Positions 30,600-41,395 of a stretch of 64,000 nt of DNA are shown one piece after another; position 1 is the stretch's first letter; every line of letters begins with the position of its first letter. The position numbers and the translations under genes are program-made. The notes under the pieces were generated by a model that saw nothing but the letters and a program-made list of their open reading frames with translations, did not search any database and was not told the origin of the DNA. This DNA comes from Truepera sp. GTDB taxonomy: Bacteria; Deinococcota; Deinococci; Deinococcales; Trueperaceae. The stretch is taken from contig CBDCKW010000005.1 in NCBI GenBank assembly GCA_965218435.1, positions 384,001-448,000 of the forward strand, read 5' to 3'.

Positions 30600-31583
30600 A
30601 TGCCCAAAACAGCAACCCACGAAACCCCCAGGATGACCGACGAGCAGCTCGACCAGCTACTGAGCGGCATGGCCGAGGGGTTCGCCACCCAGGACCGGAC
30701 GCGCGCTCCCGTGCTGCACACCCCCTCGGAAGCGGGACTCGACTTCGAGGACGTGACGTTCCCGTCTCTGGACGGCGTCCAACTCGAGGGCTGGTTCATT
30801 CCCGCCGACGGTTCCACGCGCTTGGTGATCGCCAACCACGCGATGGGCTTCAGCCGCTCCGGTCAGCCTACGCACCTCGAGCCGTGGGTCCACGAGTGGG
30901 GTCAGGTCGCCGACGGGGCGAACGCGAAGGAGGTGAACTTCGTCCCCGACTTGAAGATCCTGCACGACGCCGGGTACAACGTGCTCACCTATGACTTGCG
31001 CAACCACGGCCTGAGCGGGTCGGCCAACGGCGGGGAGTCGACCAGCGGCTGGTTCGAGGCCCGCGACGTCGTCGGCTCGCTGCGCTTCGCCCGCCAGGAC
31101 CCCCGGATGCGCGAGATGGCAGTGGGCCTGTTCAGCCGCTGCCTGGGGTGCAACTCCACCTTCGCTGCCATGAAGCAGTACCCAGCCGAGTTCAAGGGCG
31201 TGCGCTGCCTGGTCGGGGCTCAGCCGGTGCAGACCGAGATCATCATCCGGCACCAGTTGGCCCTCGCTGGGGTGCCGGAAGAGCGCCTCGACAGCGCCAT
31301 TGCCGACCTCGACCAGCGGATCAAGGTCACCACCAGCCTGGGCTTCGCGGCCCGGGACAGCCAGGAGTGGGCCGAGCACGTCATGGTCCCGACCCTGTTG
31401 TACGGGGTGCACGACGACGTGCTCACCGACCACACCGACCTGGAGACGGTGCTCGACAATATTCCCGTGGCCGACAAAGAACTCTACTGGGTCCGCGACT
31501 CCGTCGCCCGCTGGGACGGGTACCTGGAGTTCCAGCGGCACCCGCAGCGGTCGCTGGACTGGTTCGACAAGCACATGAAGTGA
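30600..31583 (+). CDS. Alpha/beta hydrolase
   Basis: DGVQLEGWFIP, YDLRNHG and SRCLG elbow. Confidence 0.85.
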   Translation: MPKTATHETPRMTDEQLDQLLSGMAEGFATQDRTRAPVLHTPSEAGLDFEDVTFPSLDGVQLEGWFIPADGSTRLVIANHAMGFSRSGQPTHLEPWVHEWGQVADGANAKEVNFVPDLKILHDAGYNVLTYDLRNHGLSGSANGGESTSGWFEARDVVGSLRFARQDPRMREMAVGLFSRCLGCNSTFAAMKQYPAEFKGVRCLVGAQPVQTEIIIRHQLALAGVPEERLDSAIADLDQRIKVTTSLGFAARDSQEWAEHVMVPTLLYGVHDDVLTDHTDLETVLDNIPVADKELYWVRDSVARWDGYLEFQRHPQRSLDWFDKHMK

Positions 31584-31715
31584 CCCCGAGGCGGCCAGGC
31601 AGCCGCCTCGGGCGCACGGGGCACGCCGGGCACCTGGACTCACCGTCCTGAGGAGAAAGCATGGAATTGCAAGAAATCCTTTGTGAAACAGCGGAGCTAC
31701 AAGTGGAGTCAAACT

Positions 31716-32413
31716 ATGAGAACAGCACGGTTGAAGCGGCAGCCCGGGCACCTGCACAATTTCACTGGCTTGAGCGTGTCACAGTTTGAGCGATTGGTTG
31801 CGGCGCTAGCGGCAGAAGTCGGTAGCGGCCAGGGCATAGTCAGACCGAGGCGGCGGTCGGTCGGGGGCGAGCGTAAAGCGAAGTTGGGGCGCGAGGACCA
31901 GGTGGTGCTGACGCTGATGTACTACCGGCTTTATTTGACACAAGTGTTGCTGGGCTATTTGTTCGATTTGGACGACAGCAACGTCAGCCGTATCGTCACC
32001 GAGCTGCGCCCGTTGCTGCTGGCGGTGTTGCCGCTACCGGTCGAGGAAACTCGGTTATTTGCCGACGACGCCCCACGACCGCGAAGGCGCACCGCGACCC
32101 TTGAGGAGTTGTTCGAGAAACATCCGGCGTTTTAAGGAGGTGTTGCTTGATGCGACGGAACAAGAGATACCTAAACCCAAAGACAAGACCAAGCGCAAGG
32201 GAGACTCTACTCGGGCAAGAAAAAGCGCCACACTCTCAAAATCCAAGTGATCACGAGCCGGAGCGGCTTGCTGTTGCACGTGTCGCGGTCGGTCGCCGGT
32301 AAGGTCAACGACCTGACCCTCTTGCGGGGCAGCGGCATCTTACGAGAACTCCCGCTGACCTGCCGGTGAGGCTCGACCGCGGCTACGACGGCATCACCCA
32401 CAACTATCCTGAA
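31716..32413 (+). mobile_element. DDE_Tnp_4-type (IS5/ISL2-like) transposase pseudogene, 3'-truncated
   Basis: FTGLS..F, LMYYR, DATEQ, YSGKKKRHTLK and DRGY, spread over several frames. Confidence 0.8.
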
Positions 32414-32431
32414 AGAGGAAGGATTTTCAAC

Positions 32432-33127
32432 ATGACCATCACCTTGATCACCGGAGCCAACAAGGGTCTCGGCTACGAAACCGCTCGCCGTCTCGTGGTG
32501 CAGGGCCACACGGTTTACGTGGGGGCGCGCAGCCCCGAGCGGGGGGAAGCCGCCGCGGCTGACCTCGGCGCAACGTTTGTCCCCCTCGACGTCACCGACG
32601 ACGCATCCGTCCAGGCCGCGATGCGGATGATCGAGGCGCGCGACGGTCGGCTCGATGTCCTTGTCAACAACGCCGGGGTCTAGGACCGCCTAGCTGGTGC
32701 CGACGGGCTCGACGGAGCCGTCGCCTTCGACCAGTTTGACACCAACGCCATCGGCGTGGTGCGGGTCACGCAGGTCGCGCTGCCGCTGCTCGAAAAGTCC
32801 GAGAACCCGGTCGTCGTCAACGTCTCGAGCGGCCTCGGGTCCTTCGCGCTGGTGACCGACCCCGACTCCCACCAGTTCGGCGTGCACTCGATCGTCTATT
32901 CGGCGACCAAGGCCGCGATCAATATGCTGACGGTCAGGTACGCGCAGGCCATACCGAGCGTCAAGTTCAACGCGGTGGACCCCGGTTTCCTCGCCACCGA
33001 CCTGCACGGGAACAACAGCGCGGAGGACCCCGCTGTGGGAGCCGAGGTCGTCGCGCGCTTCGCGACCATCGGGAAGGACGGCCCGACCGGCACCTTCCAG
33101 GCCAAGGACGGCGAGTTGGCGTGGTGA
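32432..33127 (+). pseudogene. Short-chain dehydrogenase with an in-frame TAG at 32681
   Basis: TGANKGLG and NNAG, then a stop, then YSATK in the same frame. Confidence 0.88.
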
Positions 33128-33197
33128 CTGTCGCTGCGGTAAACCACGTCGGCTTCACCACGCCTAACATTGTCCCCACTACCGAGAGGAGTGCGAC

Positions 33198-33325
33198 ATG
33201 AATGATGACGCCGGGAGCCGCGTCGCCGTCGTCACCGGCGCGGCGCGCGGGATCGGCAGGGCCTACGCGCAGCGCCTCGCCGCGGACGGTTTGCGCTTAG
33301 CCCTCGCCGACGTGCTGCCGTGCAG
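33198..33325 (+). pseudogene. SDR N-terminal fragment
   Basis: VAVVTGAARGIG, then truncated. Confidence 0.75.
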
Positions 33326-33508
33326 TGCAAGGCTAACTTCGGCACTCCCTAACCGGCGTGATTGAGCCGGATGATGCTCGCAACCGGACCTTGACGTTCA
33401 GCCGTGGACTCAGTTCGAGTTCGCGTAAGGCTCCATCTTGCTCGGGTGTAAGTTTGAGAAAACGTAACGACCTCGCCATTCCTCAAATGATATACGGGAT
33501 GTACTTAG
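33325..33508 (-). mobile_element. IS630-family left-end remnant
   Basis: End CTAAGTACA and MARSLRFLKLTPEQ..KVRLRA, both resembling the element at 57535. Confidence 0.7.
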
Positions 33509-33728
33509 CTGCTATATCATGCACGCGGAGGTGTAAACTCAAAACGATTTGGCATAACCTGTCAGCGTTAACCTTGAGGTATGTGGCGCGGCGAATACCG
33601 ACTATGCCAAACTCGAGAAAAACATATAGAGTTCGCTGGCGGCGGACGAGGTGCAGATAAGATGGGCGATATGTCATCTCGAGCACCTCTAGCTAACCAA
33701 CCGGTTATTCAGCAAGAAAGGAAACGTC

Positions 33729-34150
33729 ATGACTAAAGTTTGGTTCATCACGGGTGCCTCAAAGGTTTTGGAAGGGAATGGGCAGAAGCTGCTTTAGAAC
33801 GAGGTGATAAGGTGGCCGCGACCGCTCGCCGACTCGCGACGCTAGACGCGCTCGTCGTTACCTACGGCGACGCGCTTTTACCCCTTCAGCTCGACGTCAC
33901 CGATAAGGGTGACGACTTTGATGCGGTGAAAAGAGCCGCCGACCACTTCGGCGCACTCGACCTCGTCGTCAACAACGTTGGCTACGGTCACTTCGGTATG
34001 ATCGAGGAACTGACCGAGGAAGAGGTGCGTGCGCAGCTCGAGACGAACTTTTTTGGTGCCCTGTGGGTGACGCAAGCAGCGCTGCCGATCATGCGCGTCC
34101 AGGGCTCGGGTCACATCATCCAGGTGTCGAGTATCGGCGGCGTAGGCGCT
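33729..34150 (+). pseudogene. SDR, frameshifted and 3'-truncated
   Basis: MTKVWFITGAS/KGFG..NNVGYG..SSIGG. Confidence 0.85.
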
Positions 34151-34224
34151 CAACATCACTGCTGCCAACAAAACGCCTACCCCAACCCGGGACGTTTTTT
34201 GTCTTAGTATCATTGCTCACCTCC

Positions 34225-34552
34225 CTAGATTTTGTTGGACGGGTACCGCGCGTCCGCTCCTCCGCGCCGATTTGAGTTCGACCCGCCGCGCTTGGGTTTC
34301 GACATGTTTGCCATCTGCCTGAGCATGAATTTGGGAGCGATCCGGCTCATGGCGGCCAGCACATTACTGAGACCAGGACGGATCTCCACCTTGCCCGCTT
34401 CAATTGCGGCGATCACGCGACTGGCGAGCACCTTCACGTCCACGCCCTTCTGCCCCTTCATCTCCTCCTCGAACTCGCCCCGAAAGAGCGGCGTCTCAGT
34501 TCCGGGCGGGGCAAGCTCGACCACCGTAACGTCCGTCCCCTCGAGCTGAGCG
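34225..34552 (-). pseudogene. SDR C-terminal fragment
   Basis: AQLEGTDVTVVELAPP.TETPL with no N-terminus. Confidence 0.7.
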
Positions 34553-34649
34553 GGTGTGTCAGAGACGGCTGTTAGGCTAAGACCAGCTCGTAAGCATAAG
34601 TGGGCTTAGGTGAGCCGTTACCAAAATTCAGACCTGCTAGACTAAAGTC

Positions 34650-35369
34650 ATGACCAAGCATAACGTCGTCCCTATGAAAACCATCGGCATTTTGGGTGGG
34701 ATGAGTAACGTAGCTACAACGACTTACTATAAAGGCATCAACCAGCGCGTCAACGAGCTGCTGGGCGGGTACAACATCGCTGAAATCATCATGCACAGTG
34801 TGAACTTCGCCAATATCGAAGCCTTTGTTCGAGGGGACGAATGGGACGCTTCGGCTGAGTATCTGGTTGACAAGGCGCAAAAGCTGGAGCGAGCCGGCGC
34901 AGACTTTTTGCTGTGTGTTTCAAATACGATGCACCGCGTTGCACCCCAAATCGAAGCGGCCGTAAGTGTTCCCTTTTTGCATATCGCGGAACCTACCGCC
35001 AAAGCAATCAAAGCAGCAGACTTCCAAACGGTCGGTTTACTAGGAACGATGCCCGTGATGAATGCAAACTATATGCGCGATTACTATGCCAAGCACGGTA
35101 TTGAGGTTTTAGTCCCTAATCAAGACGATATGAAATTAGTTGACACGGTTATCTTCGACGAACTTGTTAAAGACAACGTTGACAGCAGCTCGAAAGAGCA
35201 GTTTGTAAGAATTGCTAAGCTACTCCAAAGCCAAGGTGCACAGGGGATTATTCTAGGTTGCACAGAAATTGCCATGCTCCTAAAACCGGAGGATGTTGCC
35301 GACCTACCGCTGCTCGATACCACGGCCCTGCACGTTGCTGCCGCAGCGACCCTAGCCGTTCAAAGCTAG
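34650..35369 (+). CDS. Aspartate/glutamate racemase family (YgeA-like)
   Basis: IGILGGMS, SNTMH and LGCTEI motifs. Confidence 0.93.
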   Translation: MTKHNVVPMKTIGILGGMSNVATTTYYKGINQRVNELLGGYNIAEIIMHSVNFANIEAFVRGDEWDASAEYLVDKAQKLERAGADFLLCVSNTMHRVAPQIEAAVSVPFLHIAEPTAKAIKAADFQTVGLLGTMPVMNANYMRDYYAKHGIEVLVPNQDDMKLVDTVIFDELVKDNVDSSSKEQFVRIAKLLQSQGAQGIILGCTEIAMLLKPEDVADLPLLDTTALHVAAAATLAVQS

Positions 35370-35560
35370 GCTGCATGAGGGGCCAGCTCGCACCTCTTCC
35401 GCTGCGCAAGCTGAGACAGAAAACCCAAGTTGAATAAATAGATGAGTAGCTACTCAATTCTCTTTGACGTTTCCGTCTTCGTCACGCTCGAGCTTAGACT
35501 TCATGCCGGGTTGTGGTTCATGCACCGTATTTTCGGACAGGTCTTCGCCCTGCGCTTCTT

Positions 35561-36130
35561 TGGGCTTGGTCTGGTAACTTTGGACAGCCAAAGTATAGCC
35601 TAAGCCGCCAAGGCAGCTAAAGCCCTTGGCGGGTGCTGCGAACGCTCGTAGGTTGCCGGGGTCTCGTAGCCGAGCGAACTGTGGAGCCGTTCGCGGTTGT
35701 AATAAATCTCGATGAACTCGAAAATGGCCGTGCGGGCTTCAGCTCGGGTGGCGAAGCGTTCGCGGGGGTAGACGAATTCCCGTTTAAGCGTGACCCAGAA
35801 ACTTTCGATGACGGCGTTGTCGAAGCAGGCTCCTCGACCGGTAAAGCTTGGCAGTATGCCCTGAGCCGCGAGGTTGCTACCGTAGTAGTGGCTAGTGTAT
35901 TGACCTCCGCGGTCCGACCCTTGAATCAGTCCAGGCGCGGGCTTTCGCTTAGTGACGGCGCTCTGCAACGCTTGCACCACCAGCTCAGTCTTCATGTGCT
36001 CGGCCATGGCGTAGCCCACCATCCGCTTGGAAAAACCGTCGATGACGCCCGCTAGATAGAGCCAACCTTCGTCCGTGGGAATGTAGGTGATATCAACGTG
36101 CCACAACTGGTCGATGCCGGTGAGCTCGAG
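35561..36130 (-). mobile_element. IS3-family 3' half, paralogue of 20901-22195
   Basis: IR TGGGCTTGG..TTTGGACA and WHVDITYIPTDEGWLYLA. Cut at CTCGAG 36125. Confidence 0.88.
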
Positions 36131-36602
36131 ACCGTCGCCGCCGTGTGCGAGGTATGGCCGGAGGAGTTCCCGCTCTCGGTCAGGTTCGGCGTGATCGAAT
36201 ATGATGGTCGCGACGAGGAAACCCTGACGGAGTCGATAGCATTGGTGAAGCAGATGAAGGCGACAGGAGTCGACATCCTGAGCGTCAGCATGGGCTTCTC
36301 GACCATGACCGCGCAAATCCCGTGGGTTCATGGCTCCGGTCGCCGAACGGGTAAGGCGAGAGGCGGATTTGCCGGTCGCGATCGCCTGGGGCATGGGCAC
36401 CCCGAAGCTCGCCGACGCCGCCGTGCGGAACGGCCAAGGCGATATCGTCAAGATCGGACGGGCTCTCCTCGCCAATCCTCACTGGCCGTACGTGGCTGCA
36501 GCAGCGCTGGGAGTGGAGCGCCCCTCCTGGGCGACCCTTCCGCCGCCCTACGCCTATTGGCTCGAGCGCTATCACCCGGAAACTGGGGTCGCGCCGGTGT
36601 AG
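36125..36602 (+). pseudogene. XenA/YqjM-type flavin oxidoreductase C-terminal fragment
   Basis: LETVAAV.EVWPE..RFGVIEYDGRDE. After a frameshift, AERVRREA..YWLERY. Confidence 0.85.
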
Positions 36603-36632
36603 CGGCCTGCAGGCGCGTGCGGGAGGACCTCG

Positions 36633-36850
36633 CTACTGCGATGCCAGCAAGAGCGATGCCGCACCGTTCAGGTCGGTGACCTCGGTGCACGGTAGCCAGT
36701 CCGGATTGCCGGCTTCGAGCCGGCGGTTCACCCAGGTGCCTCTTAGGCCCAATTCGTGACAGGCCTTCATATCCCAGTACATCCCCATGGCCACATGCAC
36801 CGTTTCGGTCGGCCTCACGCCCATGGCGCGGTAGGTATAGAGAACTGCAA
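36633..36850 (-). pseudogene. HAD-family (haloacid dehalogenase type II-like) C-terminal fragment
   Basis: VHVAMGMYWDMKACHELGL..WVNR. Confidence 0.7.
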
Positions 36851-37078
36851 TCATCGGCGTCTCGTGCCCGCGTTCATTGCAACTGGGCGCATAAAGGCTG
36901 CATGGGGGATCGCAATCATCGGGGTTGTGCCCACACTGATTGCACGGCAGGGGCGACGCATGAGATTAGATTTGTCTCGCCTGCCGCGCCCTGACGTATG
37001 ATGACGCGCCCTCGCGATTGCGGGGGGCGGAGCATGTCGATCGAGAAGCTGGGACGGTATCTTGGTGCGGTCGAGGAC

Positions 37079-38295
37079 TGACCTTCTCCCGGGAAACAGG
37101 TCCAGGCTGAACGAGAGGAAGCGGCCTAATCTAGAGCACCAAGGAGGCTCAGATGAAAGGGTCGAAGTCCACTGAAAAGCAGATCGCCTTTGCCTTGAAG
37201 CAGGCAGAGTCAGGGATACCGGTTGCCGAAGTGTGCCGCAAGATGGGCGTTTCGGAAAACACCTTTTACGCTTGGAAAAAGAAGTTCTCGGGGCTCGGCG
37301 TGTCCGAGCTGCGGCGCTTGCGGCAGCTCGAGGAAGAGAATAGGAAACTCAAGCAGCTGGTAGCCGACCTGAGCTTGGACAAGGCGATGCTGCAGGACGT
37401 GCTCTCAAAAAAGTTGTGAAGCCAGCCGGGATGCGGTAACTTGTGCTGAGGTTGCAACAAGGCTACCGGGTGAGCGAACGCCGAGCCGTGAAAGCTCTGG
37501 GAGCGCACCGCTCAGCGATACGTTACCGACCTAAGCGCCCAGCGCTCGACGCGCCTGTTCGTAAGCGGATCGAGGAGATCGCCGCCGTGAGGATTCGCTA
37601 CGGCTACCGGCGGATTCACGTCCTCTTGCAGCGCGAGGGCTGGAACGTCAACCTCAAGCGGGTGTACCGCATCTACTGTCTAGCGGGACTCAACCTCAGG
37701 AGTAAGCGTCCGCTAAGAAGGCGGATGGCGAACCACCGCGTCGCCCGGCCCGACGTCACCCAAGCCAATGATTGCTGGAGTATGGACTTCGTTTCGGACG
37801 CGCTTTTCAACGGCAAACGCTTCCGCGCTCTGACCGTCATGGACCAGTACACCCGCGAGTGCCTAACGATTCACGCCGATCAGCACATCAAGGGAGAGCA
37901 GGTCTCAGCGTCGTGCGTGAACTTGCCGCCAAGCGTGGCGTCCCCAGACGCATTCAGACCGATAACGGTAGCGAGTTCATCAGCAAAGCGCTCGACAAAT
38001 GGGCATACGAGCAGGGAGTCACCATGGATTTCTCCCGCCCTGGACGTCCTACGGACAATCCCTTCATCGAATCGTTCAACGGTTCATTTAGAGATAAGTG
38101 CCTCAATACCAACTGGTTTCTAAGCCTTGAAGATGCCCGCGAGAAGATCGAAACTTGGCAGGTGGAGTACAACGAGTTTCGTCCCCATTCGTCTTTGGGA
38201 AACATCCCGCCTAGACAGTTCGCCGAGCAGGTCTTAAGCTCTCAATAAAGCGCGATGCGGTAGCCCTCCCCGGACCAATTTCTGGCAGCGGCTCA
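37079..38295 (+). mobile_element. IS3-family element (IS407-like) with an extra frameshift in orfB
   Basis: TGA...TCA imperfect IRs, orfA 37153-37419, A6G slip site, WSMDF/DNGSEF/IESFNG split near 37905. Confidence 0.92.
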
Positions 38296-38952
38296 TCAAG
38301 GCCCGATCCGGTAACACGACCTGGTCCCGATCTGGGGTGAGGCTCGGAGGCGTGTCTCTATGACGGCAGCAACTAGTCCATTCGCGAGACGCTCGATGGC
38401 GTCTGGGTCCAGGGCCTTCCGACGCACCAAGAGTCTCCAATAAAGCGGGCCGATCAGAATATCCAGCGCAACGTCGACATCACAGTCGGCTGGCAGTTCT
38501 CCGCGGTCGATTCCCCGGCGAAGGAGCTCCGCGTAGCGCAGTCTTCGTGGACCTTCGACTGTGTCGCGAAGAAGTATCTCCAACTCCGGATCGCGGTCCA
38601 TCTCCGCCGCAACGGCTGGAATGATGCGGCTTGCCAGCGGATGACGAAACACGGTGGTCATCTGCTTGGTCAGTTCCAGCACGTCGCCTTGGAACGACCC
38701 GGTGTCAGGTAGCTCGTCCGCTTGCGCGGTGACGTTGGTTATCAGAGCGATCGCCATAGCCTTCTTCGTGGGCCACCGGCGGTAGACGGCAGCCTTTCCA
38801 ACGCCAGCTCTTCTCACGATCGAATCGACCGTTAGTTTCCCGTAGCCAACTTCTGCAAGTTCGACGAAAAAGGCCTTGGTAATCGCTGTGGTGACACGGT
38901 CGTGCAGCCGCGGATCGAGCACCTGTCCTGTATGATCGTTGGAAGCGTTCAC
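38296..38952 (-). CDS. TetR family regulator
   Basis: AGVGKAAVYRRWPTK and PDTGS motifs. Confidence 0.9.
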   Translation of the reverse strand: MNASNDHTGQVLDPRLHDRVTTAITKAFFVELAEVGYGKLTVDSIVRRAGVGKAAVYRRWPTKKAMAIALITNVTAQADELPDTGSFQGDVLELTKQMTTVFRHPLASRIIPAVAAEMDRDPELEILLRDTVEGPRRLRYAELLRRGIDRGELPADCDVDVALDILIGPLYWRLLVRRKALDPDAIERLANGLVAAVIETRLRASPQIGTRSCYRIGP

Positions 38953-38971
38953 GGTGTCATCCTACCACTTG

Positions 38972-39033
38972 CGGAACGGTTGCGTTCCGTTTTCTACCGT
39001 GGTATAGTTCACAACGAGACGGAACGGTTCCGT
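38972..39033. promoter_or_regulatory. Two TetR operator palindromes
   Basis: CGGAACG-N4-CGTTCCG at 38972 and ACGGAAC-G-GTTCCGT at 39019, flanking TATAGT. Confidence 0.75.
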
Positions 39034-39058
39034 TTATTGAATGAAAGGAGTGAAGATC

Positions 39059-39478
39059 ATGATCTATCACGTAAATCGAGTGGCGTTCAAAGCAGATGTC
39101 AGTGCGGAAGACAAGCGTCACAGTCTGGACTTGCTCCGCAAACAGGGTGAAGCCATTCCTGCCGTGAAGTCTTTCGTCGTCGGCACCGACCTCGGAGGAG
39201 ACTACGAGATTGGAGCTATCTTCGTGCTTGAGAATCTTGACGGGTTGTGGGAGTATCTCATCCATCCCATTCACTTCGAGTCAGAGAAGTGGGGATTCCA
39301 TCTTGTTGAACGCTTCGAGGCATTCGACACCACCGACTCCGACGACCCTGAATACGGCGAGAAGATCGCCGCACTGCAAACGCGCAGCTACCAAGAGAAC
39401 CCGGAGCTTGCAGAACTAGTGGCCCAGGTTCCAACCTTTACCGCGCCGGGTGACTTGGGCTCGCCGGAGCAGGTCTGA
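39059..39478 (+). CDS. Dabb family (stress-responsive A/B barrel) protein
   Basis: MIYHV...IPAVKSF.VG.D..YLIHP.H pattern. Confidence 0.8.
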   Translation: MIYHVNRVAFKADVSAEDKRHSLDLLRKQGEAIPAVKSFVVGTDLGGDYEIGAIFVLENLDGLWEYLIHPIHFESEKWGFHLVERFEAFDTTDSDDPEYGEKIAALQTRSYQENPELAELVAQVPTFTAPGDLGSPEQV

Positions 39479-39972
39479 CATTTCGAGAGGGCGACAAGTT
39501 GAGAGCAAATTGCCGCCCCTTCTGGAGGGGAACTTAGACTTGGGCTGGCGCGTGTGGGTCGACTCACGGACGCGCCATTTATCGCTGCGAAGATCTGGCC
39601 ACAGAGCGTTGCGGTTCACACCCCCATACTGAGGCGGCGCGTCTTGCTGTGAAACGCAGACTCGAAATCAATGCCCCAGTACTTCCCACAGATATCGGCT
39701 TTCGTTATATTACAGGTCATGGAGTTGCGTCTGTATAACAAGCTGAGGGTGTTGCCTAGGTTGCGTTAGCCCAGACAGTGTGGCCATAAGTTGATTTTCA
39801 CACCCTCACCCATGCGTGGGGCAAGGCGCATCGCCGGATACCAGGGTGCCAATACGTTGGCATGATCTGTTCAGATATGCGTACGCTGTGCCTGCCTCAT
39901 CATAGGAGGTGCAAAGCAGCATGATCATGATAGGTCGTGACCCGCATCTGATGTGACTCCGAAAACCCGAGG

Positions 39973-40299
39973 GCGGCCGGGTGGTTCTACACCGGCTTCA
40001 TGGCCTACCGCACGGCGCGCTCACATCAGTTCGGACTGCACCGCGTGTGGATGATCCGCAACTACGCGCTTTCGTTCGCGGCGGTGCTCTTACGGGTCGG
40101 GATCGCGCTCGGGCTACTTTACACGATGCGCTACCCGGACGGCCCGATCACGCGCGAGGCGACCTACACCACCAGCGTGTGGGGTTCTTTTGTGGTGTCC
40201 TATGTCGTCGCCGAGTGGTTTATTGTGCAGCGCACGCTCGGCCCGCTGGTTCAGAAGTCGAAGGTGGCAAGAGCGCCCGCCTCCAACACGAACGTTTAG
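39973..40299 (+). pseudogene. DUF2306-like membrane protein C-terminal fragment
   Basis: HRVWMIRNYALSFAAV.LR motif, no N-terminus. Confidence 0.7.
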
Positions 40300-40394
40300 A
40301 TTCGCCGTCGCCTACTCGCTTCACGCCTGAGTCTCGACTTTCGTCCTGTCATGAAGGCGTGCAAGGCTCCTTTGTAGCCCGGTCTATCTCCATA

Positions 40395-41239
40395 GAGCCC
40401 ATCTCAAAAGTGCCTCAATAGAATAATGATGCAGGCAAGCTGAACAAAAGCGGGGTAGTTCCCAGCATGATGCGAACAGGCAAGCGTCTGAAGTTGTAAA
40501 GCCAACTAAAGCAGCGCTCGACTTTCCATCTGCGCTTGTACTGGCGTAGCTTACGACCATTTTGCGTCTCAGCTTTTTTGCGGTTACGCCGGTGTGGTGC
40601 AATCGTGTCTATACCGAATTGGGCTAGCTCCGCGTCTAACGGGTCACTGTCATAAGCTTTGTCACCAATCAGACGTTGGGGTAGATCGGTGACAAAGCTT
40701 GTTTCAATAGTGCTTGTAGTACCCGCACTAGCGGGGGCCTAGTGGCCCTAAACTGTGACAAGCTTGACTTCGTACCTTTGAGCAGTTCGTATATCAGTGG
40801 CGAGCGGAAGACCATGAGCGTCTGTAACGGCCATAATCTCGGTGCCTTCGCCGCGTTTGGTTTTGCCGACTTCGAAATCCCTTTTTTAGCCGGGGCAAAG
40901 GTGCCGTCAATGAAGCATTCGGACAAGTCAATATCTCCTCGAGCGTGTAGGTCATGAGCTAGTCGCTCGAGGATAGCAGGCATCACCGCCGTCTTTGTCC
41001 AACTCTGAAGTCGGTGGCACGTTTGATAAGGCGGATACCGCTCGGGCATAGCTTTCTACGGTGCGCCAGTTCTTAAAATCCGTAGAACCCCATGCACCTC
41101 GCTAGCGTCGCGTCTGGGTCGGCCTCTTGGCTTAGCTGCCGGGAACAATCCAGCAAGCCGTTCCCACTGCTTAGCCGTTAAGTCCATCTCTTGACTTTAT
41201 GCAGCTCTTTACCCTCACTATGCTTTTTGAGATACGCTC
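40395..41239 (-). mobile_element. IS5-family (IS427-like) element, degraded
   Basis: IRs GAGCCCATCTCAAAA and TTTTGAGATACGCTC, TA duplication, IDGTF and GDKAYDSD motifs. Confidence 0.88.
40715..40756 (-). repeat. Double-hairpin insertion B (36 bp plus ACA duplication)
   Basis: Removing 39 bp restores the transposase spacing seen in the paralogue at 59334. Confidence 0.8.
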
Positions 41240-41395
41240 TACTTGCTACTGAATTCTAACTACGCCCGTGTCTGGCGGTAAACGTCGCAGTGGACGTTTT
41301 GAAACGTCAACAGAACCTAGCGCAGCAGAAGTTGACGTTGTCTTTATTTCCGCTTTATCACCGAGGCACTCTGATTGACGCTCGAGAATAACCCT

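Noticed and set aside
12310..31757. Long antisense ORFs such as 12310-13071, 16519-17487, 25498-26325 and 30657-31757
   Set aside because: Shadow frames of well-supported genes in GC-rich DNA.
34540..34552. Third CTCGAG breakpoint at the SDR fragment
   Set aside because: SDR homology extends about two codons past the hexamer and stops at a probable IS end.
40718..40753. 36-bp GTTT... palindromic sequence as a CRISPR repeat
   Set aside because: Single copy with no spacers or cas genes. It is an insertion inside a transposase.
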